DNA from: Alphaproteobacteria bacterium
Lineage (GTDB): Bacteria > Pseudomonadota > Alphaproteobacteria > MPNO01 > UBA830
Length of the DNA stretch: 64,000 nt
Assembly: GCA_038146925.1 (NCBI GenBank)
Contig: JAYQSP010000007.1
Span: 18,980-82,979 of the forward strand
Direction: 5' to 3'
Shown: positions 18,527-27,456 of the stretch, piece after piece
Layout: each line of letters opens with the position of its first letter
How positions within the stretch are numbered: the first letter of the stretch is position 1
Position numbers and translations under genes: made by a program
The notes under the pieces: model-generated
Told to the model about the DNA's origin: nothing
What the model saw: the letters and a program-made list of their open reading frames with translations, nothing else
Databases searched by the model: none

Positions 18527-19660
18527 TCAGTTCTCTTCGGCGATCAGCCGGTTGAGAATTTTCTCGTACTCGTTGGGACCTGCATCGATGCTGAGTTTCA
18601 CCGGGTTCGGCTCATTATCCAGCGAATCCTGTGCCACCTGCTGGGCCGCGATCACCGGCATGTCCTGGTCGGCGAAGGCGAAGGTCCGCATCTTGTAGAC
18701 CAGCTCGCGAATCTCTTTGTTGCGTTCGTCGTCGGTCTGCACGTTCCAGCGTGCGGCGCAGTAGTAGTAATGCGTCGTACGGTCGGTTTCCGGCGTCAGC
18801 CAGTGCAGCGCCATGTAGCCGGTACCGGATTCCCTGGGTTCGCCGGCCTTGCAGGCACCGAAATTGAGCCGCAGGTTCGAGGCGGGGAACCACGTGATCG
18901 CTGTCCACTGGTCGCCCCGGGCCTGGAGCTCCGGATCGTCGGTGAACATTCTGATCATGCCGGGTGTCTCCGCATTCTCGGAGAAGCGGGACACGGTCAC
19001 GGTGTCGCCCTCGACGGTCACTTCCGGATCGGTTTCGGCGGTATCCGGATTGCCGAGGATACCGGCGTGGGTGAAGCAGATGTGGCTGAGATCGAGCAGG
19101 TTGTCGATCATCAGGCCGTAGTGGCATTTCGCGTTCAGATACCCGAACTCCGTGATATGCAGTTCAGGGCTGTCGTCTATGCAGCTGTAATCTGGGATCT
19201 TGTCGAGATCGGCCGGCTTGTCGCCCATCCAGATCCACAACAGCCGGTGCTTTTCCACCACCGTATAGGCCGGCAGATGCAGCGCCTCGGAAATCTTCTG
19301 GCTGCCGTGCGGGTTGTGCACGCACTTGCCGTCGGCGCCGAATTCGAGCCCGTGATAGATGCACTGCACCCGGTCGCCCGAATGGAGGGTGCCCATCGAC
19401 AGCGGTACCTGACGGTGCGGGCACATGTCGTGAATCGCGGCGACACCGCCGTCTTCCTTGCGATAGAACGCGACCGGCTGGTTGAGAAGCGTGCGATGTA
19501 TGATCTCGCCCTCTTTCAGCTCGTCCGACGGCATGGCGACATACCAAATGTTTTTCAGGAACTTCGAGCGGGCCAGCGAACGCTTTGTGACGTTGTTATC
19601 AGGAAAAATGGTGGGTTCGATCCCGATCAGCGCGGGGCCGGAGTTTGAATCAGGTGCCAT
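18527..19660 (-). CDS. Rieske (2Fe-2S) oxygenase, VanA-like (class IA O-demethylase/monooxygenase type)
   Basis: CPHRQVPLSMG...CIYHGLEF Rieske motif; 377 aa; strong RBS GGGAGGAAATCAC before the ATG. Confidence 0.8.
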   Translation of the reverse strand: MAPDSNSGPALIGIEPTIFPDNNVTKRSLARSKFLKNIWYVAMPSDELKEGEIIHRTLLNQPVAFYRKEDGGVAAIHDMCPHRQVPLSMGTLHSGDRVQCIYHGLEFGADGKCVHNPHGSQKISEALHLPAYTVVEKHRLLWIWMGDKPADLDKIPDYSCIDDSPELHITEFGYLNAKCHYGLMIDNLLDLSHICFTHAGILGNPDTAETDPEVTVEGDTVTVSRFSENAETPGMIRMFTDDPELQARGDQWTAITWFPASNLRLNFGACKAGEPRESGTGYMALHWLTPETDRTTHYYYCAARWNVQTDDERNKEIRELVYKMRTFAFADQDMPVIAAQQVAQDSLDNEPNPVKLSIDAGPNEYEKILNRLIAEEN

Positions 19661-19881
19661 GTGATTTCCTCCCAGAATGGAAAACGGTTGTTCTGTCTCG
19701 GCGTTATTTTTTCATTCCAAGGCCGAAATAGCAATCCGAACGGTCCCCGGTGGACGGAGAGCGGCCGGACCGGCACATAATCCGATGCGGAAGAGGTCGC
19801 GGTTCGAACACTGTTGTGATCCGCGTTTGCTTCGTCGATCCTGGCGCTGTGAGTGTATGCGTCCCTGGTTGGTAGGTTCCC

Positions 19882-20529
19882 GTGAAAGTATTTGGAAACA
19901 TCGTCGCCGCCATCGCCTTTGCCGGTGTGGCATTGTCGGCTCCCTCCGTCTTCGCAACGTTCATCAGCGGTGCCGTGACCGGCGGAAATTCCGGCGGGTC
20001 ATTCGTGAAACTGTTCGATCCGATCGGCGATGTCGGCAACAACAATCACCAGAGTCCCGATCTTTTCGGTTTCGACGAAGAGCAGAATGTGTTCCTGGCC
20101 AGCAATCTCGCCGTCGATCTGCTTCCCGGGGGAGGGAGCGGCACCCTGTCCGCGGGGCAGGAAGTTGCCAGCCATTACATATTTTTCGATCCCTCGGTCA
20201 ATTCGTCCGTAGTAGGAGATGTCACCTTCGATTCCGATATCGTTGCGGTCATTACGACACGCAACAATCTCATCGCCAGCGACGCACTGGTGAACCTGAC
20301 GGCCAACTATCTGAGCCCGTCTCTTCGCGGTCTGGAATCGAACGACGGCGTATCGATCACCGCGCCCCGGACGATCTCGGTCGATTTCTTCGCTAAATCA
20401 CCCGGCGATTACATCCGCGTCCTGACCCAGTTTTCTCCGACAGCGGCATTGCCCGAACCCGGTGCGCTCGCGATCATCGGCGTCGGGCTGCTGGGGGTCG
20501 GTTTCCTCCGCAGGCGCCGGCGACCGTAA
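19882..20529 (+). CDS. PEP-CTERM sorting-domain secreted protein
   Basis: Signal peptide, then C-terminal LPEPGALAIIGVGLLGVGFLRRRRRP. Confidence 0.8.
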   Translation: MKVFGNIVAAIAFAGVALSAPSVFATFISGAVTGGNSGGSFVKLFDPIGDVGNNNHQSPDLFGFDEEQNVFLASNLAVDLLPGGGSGTLSAGQEVASHYIFFDPSVNSSVVGDVTFDSDIVAVITTRNNLIASDALVNLTANYLSPSLRGLESNDGVSITAPRTISVDFFAKSPGDYIRVLTQFSPTAALPEPGALAIIGVGLLGVGFLRRRRRP

Positions 20530-20862
20530 GGGGTGCGCTGACACGATGGGCGGGCTCGTATTCTGGTCGAACGGCGGTATGCGAGCGGGCGACGGCTTTT
20601 CCAGGAAAACACTATAGGCCACCGGAGAGATCCAGGCATAGTGCGGCCCGGCCGTATGATGGGCTTTTTACGACACCGTCGGCGCGCGCATGGCAATCGG
20701 TATCAACCGCGCGGGACCGCATCAGGAGCCTGACCCTGTGCGCGGCCACGGTCGGGGTGATCGCAATGCTGATCGATGCGTCCGCGCCGATACGCCACGT
20801 TTTCGGAATAGCCCCGTCTGACGGTCTACTTGGTTTTCTCCTGTTCGAAGAAAGCCGGCCCC

Positions 20863-22041
20863 ATGGAACTCCATCACGCCCTGTTGCTACTCGGCGGGCT
20901 GTTTATCCTCGGCCTTGCCGCCGACGAGATTGGCCGCCGCACGCGCCTGCCGCGGGTGACGCTATTGATCCTGCTGGGGGTTCTGGCGGGACCTGCCGGT
21001 TTCGACGTACTGCCGTCCGAACTCGGGGACTGGTATAAATTTCTGGCATCGGCGGCGCTGACGATGATTGCCTTTCTGCTTGGCGGCGCGCTGTCGCGGG
21101 CCGAAATGCGCCGTCACGGGCGGCAGATTCTGGCGATCTCCATCGCCGTGGTGACGACGACGGTGATTGTGGTCGGCGTCGGACTGACGCTGCTGGGAGC
21201 ATCGCCGGTACTCGCGCTTCTGCTGGCGGGCATCGCCACCGCGACCGCGCCGGCGGCAACGCAGGATGTCATCCGGCAGTCGGGCGCCGAGGGCGAATTC
21301 ACCCAGACGCTGCGCGGCATCGTGGCCGTCGACGATGCCTGGGGGCTGATAGCGTTTTCCCTGGTGGTGATCGGCGCCGACATGCTGGCCGGCAACGGGG
21401 CCTCGGCATCGCTCGCCGGCGGATTGTGGGAGCTGTTCGGCGCGTTTGCCGTCGGCGCCGCCGTCGGGTTTCCCGCCGCCTATCTGACCGGCCGGCTGCG
21501 GCCGGGAGAGCCGATCCAGGCGGAGGCGCTGGCTGCCGTGTTCCTGTGCGCCGGCATGGCGATCTGGCTCGAGGTCTCGTTCCTGCTCTCCGGCATCGTC
21601 GCGGGCGCGATCATCGTGAACTTCGCCCAACACCATACCCGTGCCTTTCACGAGATCGAAAACATCGAATGGCCGTTCCTGATTCTGTTCTTCGTTCTTG
21701 CCGGCGCATCCCTGCAGACGCACAGGTGGTGGGAATACGGTCTGATGACGGGCGCTTACATCCTGCTTCGCATTGCGGCTCGTTTCGCCGGCGCCTGGAT
21801 CGGCGCCGGGCTCGGCCGGGCGCCGGAAACCCACAGGCGCTGGATGGGCGCGGCCCTGCTGCCGCAGGCGGGCGTTGCCGTCGGGATGGCGCTGGTTGCG
21901 GCCGACCGTTTCCCCGGCCTGCGCGAGGAAATCCTGACGATCACGATCGTTTCCACGATCGCCTTCGAGATTTTCGGCCCCGTCGCGACGCGCCTTGCGC
22001 TGGACAAGGCAGGCGAAACCGGAGACGGGAGCGACCGCTGA
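20863..22041 (+). CDS. cation:proton antiporter (CPA family, KefB-like membrane domain only)
   Basis: Polytopic membrane protein with Na+/H+ exchanger family organisation; alternative TTG start at 20830. Confidence 0.75.
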   Translation: MELHHALLLLGGLFILGLAADEIGRRTRLPRVTLLILLGVLAGPAGFDVLPSELGDWYKFLASAALTMIAFLLGGALSRAEMRRHGRQILAISIAVVTTTVIVVGVGLTLLGASPVLALLLAGIATATAPAATQDVIRQSGAEGEFTQTLRGIVAVDDAWGLIAFSLVVIGADMLAGNGASASLAGGLWELFGAFAVGAAVGFPAAYLTGRLRPGEPIQAEALAAVFLCAGMAIWLEVSFLLSGIVAGAIIVNFAQHHTRAFHEIENIEWPFLILFFVLAGASLQTHRWWEYGLMTGAYILLRIAARFAGAWIGAGLGRAPETHRRWMGAALLPQAGVAVGMALVAADRFPGLREEILTITIVSTIAFEIFGPVATRLALDKAGETGDGSDR

Positions 22042-22089
22042 TCGCGGCGCAGGCGGGACGGCGTTGGAGTTTTGAACTTCGGTCCGCTC

Positions 22090-22896
22090 TCAGGCCGCTT
22101 CGGCGGCCGATGCGGCGCGTTCTCCAACGTCGTCGGGTGGCGGCTCGCGACGGACCTCCGCGCGCAGGTGCTTCTCGTTCTCGCCGTTGAATAGCGTTCC
22201 CAGCACGCCGCGGTCCAGTGTGCTTGTCCCGAACAGGGCGTCGCAGATCGGGAAGGTCAGATTGAAGTTGTAGTTCTGCATCAGTTCGAGATCGTGGTGG
22301 GCGACGTGCATGTAGCGCACCGTGTTGATCAGCGGCACGTGACGCAGCCACTGCCAGCGCGGCCCGACCAGATGCGCCGAGGTGTGCAGCCCTTCGTACA
22401 TGATGAAATAGCCGGCCATGGTGAGCATCACGATCAGCCCCGCATTCGCCGACCAGACCGCCCACAGCACAAGCGCGGCCGGCGCGGCGGCAAGAAGGAA
22501 CGCAACCGGCGCGAAGGGCGGAAACAGCAGCGCCCGCCACTCTCTGTGGCCGCGATAGGAAAGATTGCGGTCGGTGAAGAACTGGTGATGCACGCCCGCG
22601 TGCCGCAGATAGATCGCGCGCAGTTTCTTCACCGGTCGATGCAGCAACCAGCGGTGACCCGCCCATTCGCACCAGTTGCCGAACAGAAATATCGGTACCA
22701 CGATAAGCCATTCCCAGACGGTCGCCTGGTCGATGTAGGACCAGCAGACGACGACGGTGCCGATCGTCACCGCCAGGGTGAAGCCCAGATGCATAAGCCC
22801 GTGATACCAGCCGGGCGTCTCGGCGACGAAGCGGGCGCGGAACTTCTCCTGGAATGCGTTCTGGTGCGTTGCGGTGTCGGTGGTCGTTTCTGCCAT
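22090..22896 (-). CDS. fatty acid hydroxylase/sterol desaturase superfamily membrane protein
   Basis: His boxes HRWLLH, HAGVHHQFF and HVAHH. Confidence 0.8.
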   Translation of the reverse strand: MAETTTDTATHQNAFQEKFRARFVAETPGWYHGLMHLGFTLAVTIGTVVVCWSYIDQATVWEWLIVVPIFLFGNWCEWAGHRWLLHRPVKKLRAIYLRHAGVHHQFFTDRNLSYRGHREWRALLFPPFAPVAFLLAAAPAALVLWAVWSANAGLIVMLTMAGYFIMYEGLHTSAHLVGPRWQWLRHVPLINTVRYMHVAHHDLELMQNYNFNLTFPICDALFGTSTLDRGVLGTLFNGENEKHLRAEVRREPPPDDVGERAASAAEAA

Positions 22897-23079
22897 GGCG
22901 TATCCTTTCCCGGTCGTGGCCGCCGGACCGACAGGATGCGACGTGCCGGAACGGTTTGTCGAGCGGATTATTGTATACCCGGCGCCGCGCGTTTCAAATG
23001 GATCGGGCCGCCATTGCCCGAAGCAACCGGATCCTTAATCGGATTCGAATGCTATAATCGGACGATCGAGGGAGGAAAC

Positions 23080-24774
23080 GTGGTGACTTATGATTATGTG
23101 GTCGTCGGAGGCGGTTCGGCGGGGTGCGTGATGGCAAACCGTCTGTCGGCGGACCCGGCCAACAAGGTTCTGTTGATCGAAGCCGGCATGGATACGCCGC
23201 CGGGTGCGGTTCCCGCCGACATCCTGAACAGCTATCACCTGTCGCAGGCCAATCCGAAATTCAAATGGACGCAGTTCCGGGCCTATCATCAACCGGTGCC
23301 GCATAACGCGCCCGACCGGCCCGAGCTGCAGCATTACGATCAGGGCCGTGTGATGGGCGGCGGGTCCAGCATCAATTTCCAGGCAGCCAATCGCGGCACG
23401 CCCGACGACTACAACGAGTGGGAATCGATGGGCGCCGCCGGATGGGGCTGGGACGGCGTGTTGCCGTTTTTTCGCAAGCTCGAAACCGATCAGCAGTTCG
23501 ACGGGCCGCTGCACGGCAAATCCGGGCCGTTGCCGATCCGCCGGGTGACGCGCGAAAACTGGTCGGGTTTCTCGAAAGCGACGGCGGATTCATTCGCCCT
23601 GTCGGGGCTGGAATTCTTCGACGACCAGAACGGCGGATTCGAGGACGGATATTTTCCCCTGACAGTCAGCAATCTGGAGGACCGGCGGGTATCCGCAGCG
23701 ATCGCCTATCTCGATGCGGCGACCCGCGCCCGTCCCAACCTGACGATCCTGTCGAACGCCGTCGCCAAGCGGATCCGGTTCGAGGGCCGCAGGGCAGTCG
23801 GGGTCGAAATCGACCGTCAGGGCGCGGAAGAATTTCATGGCGGTCGCGAGATCGTCGTTTCCGCCGGGGCCAGCCACTCGCCGGCGCTGCTGATGCGTTC
23901 GGGCGTCGGTCCCGGGCTTCATCTTCGCGACATGGGAATCGATGTCGTCGCCGGTCTCGAAGGCGTCGGACAGAATTTGCAGGACCATCCCGGCGTACCC
24001 ACCATGGTCTATATGACGCACCGCGCGCGGCACGGCGCCAATCCGGGCCCCGCGCTTCAGGTCGGCGCGCGCTATTCGTCGGGCATTGACGGGTGCGGTC
24101 CGAACGACATGTTCATCTGCGCGATCGGCCGCGCGGCCTGGCATTCGGCAGGGCGGCGTCTCGGCAGCATGTCGACCTGGATAAACAAGCCCTATTCGCG
24201 CGGACAGTTGCGGCTTCGCTCGGCCGACTGGCGTGAAGAACCGGAAGTCGAACTCAACATGCTCTCTGATCCGCGCGATCTGGCGCGCATGAAACTCGCC
24301 ATGCAACGTGTCGCGGAATTGTTCGAATACGCGCCGTTAAAGGCCGCGACCCGGGATGCGTTCTCTACAAATTTCAATCGGCGGGCACAGATGGTCGCCG
24401 CCGTGACGCCCCGTAACAGATTTCTCACGGCTTTGGCATCGGTCCTGATGGACGGGCCGGGCCCGTTGCGCCGCGCCGTGATCCGGGACGTCATGCTGGG
24501 CAGGGACATCAACCGGGTCGTGCGCGAAGGCGACGCCGCGATCGAGGAGCACGTCATGCGCTACGTGATCAGCATCCGTCATATCTCCTGCACCTGCCGG
24601 ATGGGGGATGAGGGCGACCCGACCGCGGTCACCGGTCCGGACGGACGGGTTCACGGCGTCGGCGGCCTGCGCGTTGCCGATGCCTCGGTATTCCCCGCGG
24701 TGCCGCGCGCGAACACCAACATTCCGACGATAATGACGGCCGAAAAAATCGCCGACGCCGCTCTGTTGTCCTAG
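23080..24774 (+). CDS. GMC family oxidoreductase (choline dehydrogenase-like)
   Basis: YDYVVVGGGSAGCVMANRLS FAD motif; RBS GGAGG 5 nt upstream of GTG; about 564 aa. Confidence 0.85.
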   Translation: MVTYDYVVVGGGSAGCVMANRLSADPANKVLLIEAGMDTPPGAVPADILNSYHLSQANPKFKWTQFRAYHQPVPHNAPDRPELQHYDQGRVMGGGSSINFQAANRGTPDDYNEWESMGAAGWGWDGVLPFFRKLETDQQFDGPLHGKSGPLPIRRVTRENWSGFSKATADSFALSGLEFFDDQNGGFEDGYFPLTVSNLEDRRVSAAIAYLDAATRARPNLTILSNAVAKRIRFEGRRAVGVEIDRQGAEEFHGGREIVVSAGASHSPALLMRSGVGPGLHLRDMGIDVVAGLEGVGQNLQDHPGVPTMVYMTHRARHGANPGPALQVGARYSSGIDGCGPNDMFICAIGRAAWHSAGRRLGSMSTWINKPYSRGQLRLRSADWREEPEVELNMLSDPRDLARMKLAMQRVAELFEYAPLKAATRDAFSTNFNRRAQMVAAVTPRNRFLTALASVLMDGPGPLRRAVIRDVMLGRDINRVVREGDAAIEEHVMRYVISIRHISCTCRMGDEGDPTAVTGPDGRVHGVGGLRVADASVFPAVPRANTNIPTIMTAEKIADAALLS

Positions 24775-24870
24775 ACCGTTCGAAGCGCGGCGCGCGCAAA
24801 CGAAACCAACATCCCGAACGCCGCCAGGCATTCCGGCTTCTGCCGACGATCGTGCATGTTTTATGAGAAA

Positions 24871-24945
24871 TGGTGGGCGCGGCTGGGATTGAACCAGCGA
24901 CCCCTGCCGTGTGAAGGCAGTGCTCTCCCGCTGAGCTACGCGCCC
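24871..24945 (-). tRNA. tRNA-Val (anticodon CAC), CCA encoded
   Basis: Reverse complement gives GGGCGCGTAGCTCAGCGGGAGAGCAC...CTGCC-TTCACAC-GGCAG...GGTTCAATCC...CCACCA, a cloverleaf with anticodon loop TTCACAC. Confidence 0.85.
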
Positions 24946-24965
24946 GGAGTCCCGTCCGGAACGGG

Positions 24966-24999
24966 CGGGGATATAAGGCGGCGCGAGGGGTCTTGTCAA
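24966..24999 (-). promoter_or_regulatory. sigma70-like promoter for tRNA-Val (TTGACA-17-TTATAT)
   Basis: On the minus strand, TTGACA (plus 24994-24999), a 17-nt spacer, then TTATAT (plus 24971-24976), about 20 nt upstream of the tRNA 5' end. Confidence 0.5.
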
Positions 25000-25084
25000 C
25001 GCGATCCGAACGCCACATCTTATGGAATACTGATTTCGTACAGATGCGTCGTGCTTCTGGTTTGAACCGAAACGGATCCGGATC

Positions 25085-25921
25085 ATGAAAGTCAGGTCTC
25101 TTCTGCTTGCTCTCCCCGCTATCGCCCTGCTGTCGCAGCCCGCATGTGCGGTCACCCGGGATGTCGATCTGCTGTACAAGATCTACGTCGGCGGATTCCA
25201 TGTCATCGATCTGGATGTCGATATCGGGCTCAATTCGCGGGAATACAAGTTCGACGCCAAAGTGAAGTCGGTCGGCATGATCGGGCGCATGTTTCCGTGG
25301 TGGATGAAGGCCTATTCCCGCGGCGAGATTTCCAAGGCAGCAGTCACGCCGGTATCCGCGGGTCAACACAACAACTGGCGCGGCAAGGACCGGTTCATCG
25401 ACCTGAAGTTCGCCGACGGCATCGCCAGGATCGACCGCATCGCACCCAGGCCGGAAACCGACGACCGGGATCGCGTACCGGTCGAAATGCGTACAGGGGT
25501 GATGGACCTGACCAGCGCCATCATCGCGCTGATCCGCAACATGGATGCCGGCCGGCCCTGCCAGGCCCAGATGCCGGTATTCGACGGTCGCCGGCGCTAC
25601 GATCTGATCGCTGTACCCGACGGCAGCGACAGGCTGCGGCCCAGTGGCTACACGCCATACACCGGGAAAACGGTGAACTGCCGCCTGTCCATCGACAAGA
25701 AAGCCGGCTTCAAGAAAAACGACGATTCAGGCTGGAACGACGGCGACCGCAGCGCCCGCGTCTGGATGGGCAAAGCCTTCGGCGACGTGCCGCCGGTGCC
25801 GGTCCGTCTGACGATAAACACGCCGCTCGGATCCGTGATTGCGCATCTGAACGCGGCTTCGGTCGAATCCGGCGGGCGCAGGATCAGGCTCGAACGCCGG
25901 GAAGCGTCTGAAAAGAAATAG
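25085..25921 (+). CDS. secreted hypothetical protein (DUF3108-like)
   Basis: Signal peptide MKVRSLLLALPAIALLSQPACA; 278 aa. Confidence 0.5.
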   Translation: MKVRSLLLALPAIALLSQPACAVTRDVDLLYKIYVGGFHVIDLDVDIGLNSREYKFDAKVKSVGMIGRMFPWWMKAYSRGEISKAAVTPVSAGQHNNWRGKDRFIDLKFADGIARIDRIAPRPETDDRDRVPVEMRTGVMDLTSAIIALIRNMDAGRPCQAQMPVFDGRRRYDLIAVPDGSDRLRPSGYTPYTGKTVNCRLSIDKKAGFKKNDDSGWNDGDRSARVWMGKAFGDVPPVPVRLTINTPLGSVIAHLNAASVESGGRRIRLERREASEKK

Positions 25922-26058
25922 CCTTTCCCCGGCATCCTCCGCTTTAATCTCCTTGGCGGACGCCCCCGGTTTGTGGCAAGTTCCGCGAAACGGGCGGGTT
26001 GGCGCAGCGACCGGGCTGGTGTCCGTCGGCATTTGAAACTGAACGGATTTTCGGGGCG

Positions 26059-27420
26059 ATGACCACGGACAAATGTGCTGCGATCGTACTGGCAGCCGGC
26101 ATGGGAACGCGGATGAAATCGGACCTGCCCAAGGTCCTCCACCCCGTCGCGAACCGTCCCATGGTTTCTCACATTCTCTCCGCGCTCGATGCGCTGTCGC
26201 CCGACCGGACGGTCGTGGTGGTCGCGCCCGGCATGGCGCAGGTGGCCGAGACCGTCGCCCTGGCGGAGACAGCCGTCCAGACGGAAGCGCTCGGCACCGG
26301 TCATGCCGTGCTTGCGGCGCGCGATGCGATGGAAGGATTCGACGGCGACGTGCTGGTCCTGTTCGGCGATACGCCGCTGCTGACCGCCGAAACCATGCAG
26401 AACATGCTGCGCGCACGCCGCGCGGCGGATGATCCGGCGGTCGTCGTGCTGGGTTTCCGGCCCGACGACCCGGCGGAATACGGCCGCCTGGTGACCGGCG
26501 CGGACGGCGGGCTGGAGGCCATCGTCGAGTTCAAGGACGCCTCCGACGAACAGCGCGGGATCGGTCTCTGTAACGCCGGCATCATGGCCATCGACGGCAA
26601 ACATCTGCTGCCGCTGCTGGATGCGGTCGGCAATGACAACGCCAAAGGCGAATACTACCTGACCGACATCGTGGAAATCGCGCGCGACCGCGGCCTTTCC
26701 TGCGCCGCGGTAGAGGCCGCCGATCCGGTCGAGGTCATGGGCGTCAACAGCCGCGCCCAGCTGGCCGAGGCCGAGGCCGCCATGCAGGACCGCCTGCGTC
26801 AGGCGGCGATGGCGAACGGCGTCACCATGACCGATCCCGGTACCGTGTGGCTGTCGGCGGACACCAGGATCGGCCGCGATGTTTCGATCGCCCCGAATGT
26901 GTTCTTCGGGCCCGGCGTCACCGTCGCCGACAATGTCGAGATCCGCTCGTTCTGTCATATCGAACAGGCGGAGGTTGCGTCCGGTGCGATTATCGGTCCG
27001 TTTGCGCGGCTGCGGCCCGGCGCCCGGCTAGAAAAAGACGTTCATATCGGCAACTTCGTCGAGATCAAGGCGGCGCGTGTGGAAGAGGGCGCCAAGGTCA
27101 ACCATCTGACCTATATCGGCGACGCGCGGATCGGATCGAAAGCCAATATCGGGGCCGGCACGATTACCTGCAATTACGACGGCTTTTTCAAGGACCATAC
27201 GGATATCGGCGCGGGCGCGTTTATCGGTTCCAACTCGGCACTGGTCGCGCCGGTGAAGATCGGCGACGGCGCCATCGTCGGCGCCGGATCGGTGATCACC
27301 GGCGAGGTCGATTCCGATGCGTTGTCGGTCGCGCGCGGCCGGCAGAAGAATATCGGCGGCTGGGCGAAATCCTTCCGCACGAAACGCCAGACGGAAAAAG
27401 ACGCGGCGAAGAAAAAATAG
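26059..27420 (+). CDS. glmU: bifunctional UDP-N-acetylglucosamine pyrophosphorylase / glucosamine-1-phosphate N-acetyltransferase
   Basis: AIVLAAGMGTRM nucleotidyltransferase motif; C-terminal hexapeptide repeats. Confidence 0.9.
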   Translation: MTTDKCAAIVLAAGMGTRMKSDLPKVLHPVANRPMVSHILSALDALSPDRTVVVVAPGMAQVAETVALAETAVQTEALGTGHAVLAARDAMEGFDGDVLVLFGDTPLLTAETMQNMLRARRAADDPAVVVLGFRPDDPAEYGRLVTGADGGLEAIVEFKDASDEQRGIGLCNAGIMAIDGKHLLPLLDAVGNDNAKGEYYLTDIVEIARDRGLSCAAVEAADPVEVMGVNSRAQLAEAEAAMQDRLRQAAMANGVTMTDPGTVWLSADTRIGRDVSIAPNVFFGPGVTVADNVEIRSFCHIEQAEVASGAIIGPFARLRPGARLEKDVHIGNFVEIKAARVEEGAKVNHLTYIGDARIGSKANIGAGTITCNYDGFFKDHTDIGAGAFIGSNSALVAPVKIGDGAIVGAGSVITGEVDSDALSVARGRQKNIGGWAKSFRTKRQTEKDAAKKK

Positions 27421-27456
27421 CCAACCCAGTCAGGATCAGCGTAGGACGAACGGAAC

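Noticed and set aside
20962-22190. Several 250-290-aa ORFs overlapping the antiporter gene
   Set aside because: Arg/Gly/Pro-rich reverse- or alternative-frame translations of a clear polytopic membrane protein gene
25648-26958. 436-aa minus-strand ORF
   Set aside because: Antisense to the DUF3108 and glmU genes
27421-27456. glmS ribozyme upstream of glmS
   Set aside because: Only about 36 bp intergenic, and the glmS ribozyme is essentially restricted to Gram-positives; nothing ribozyme-like present
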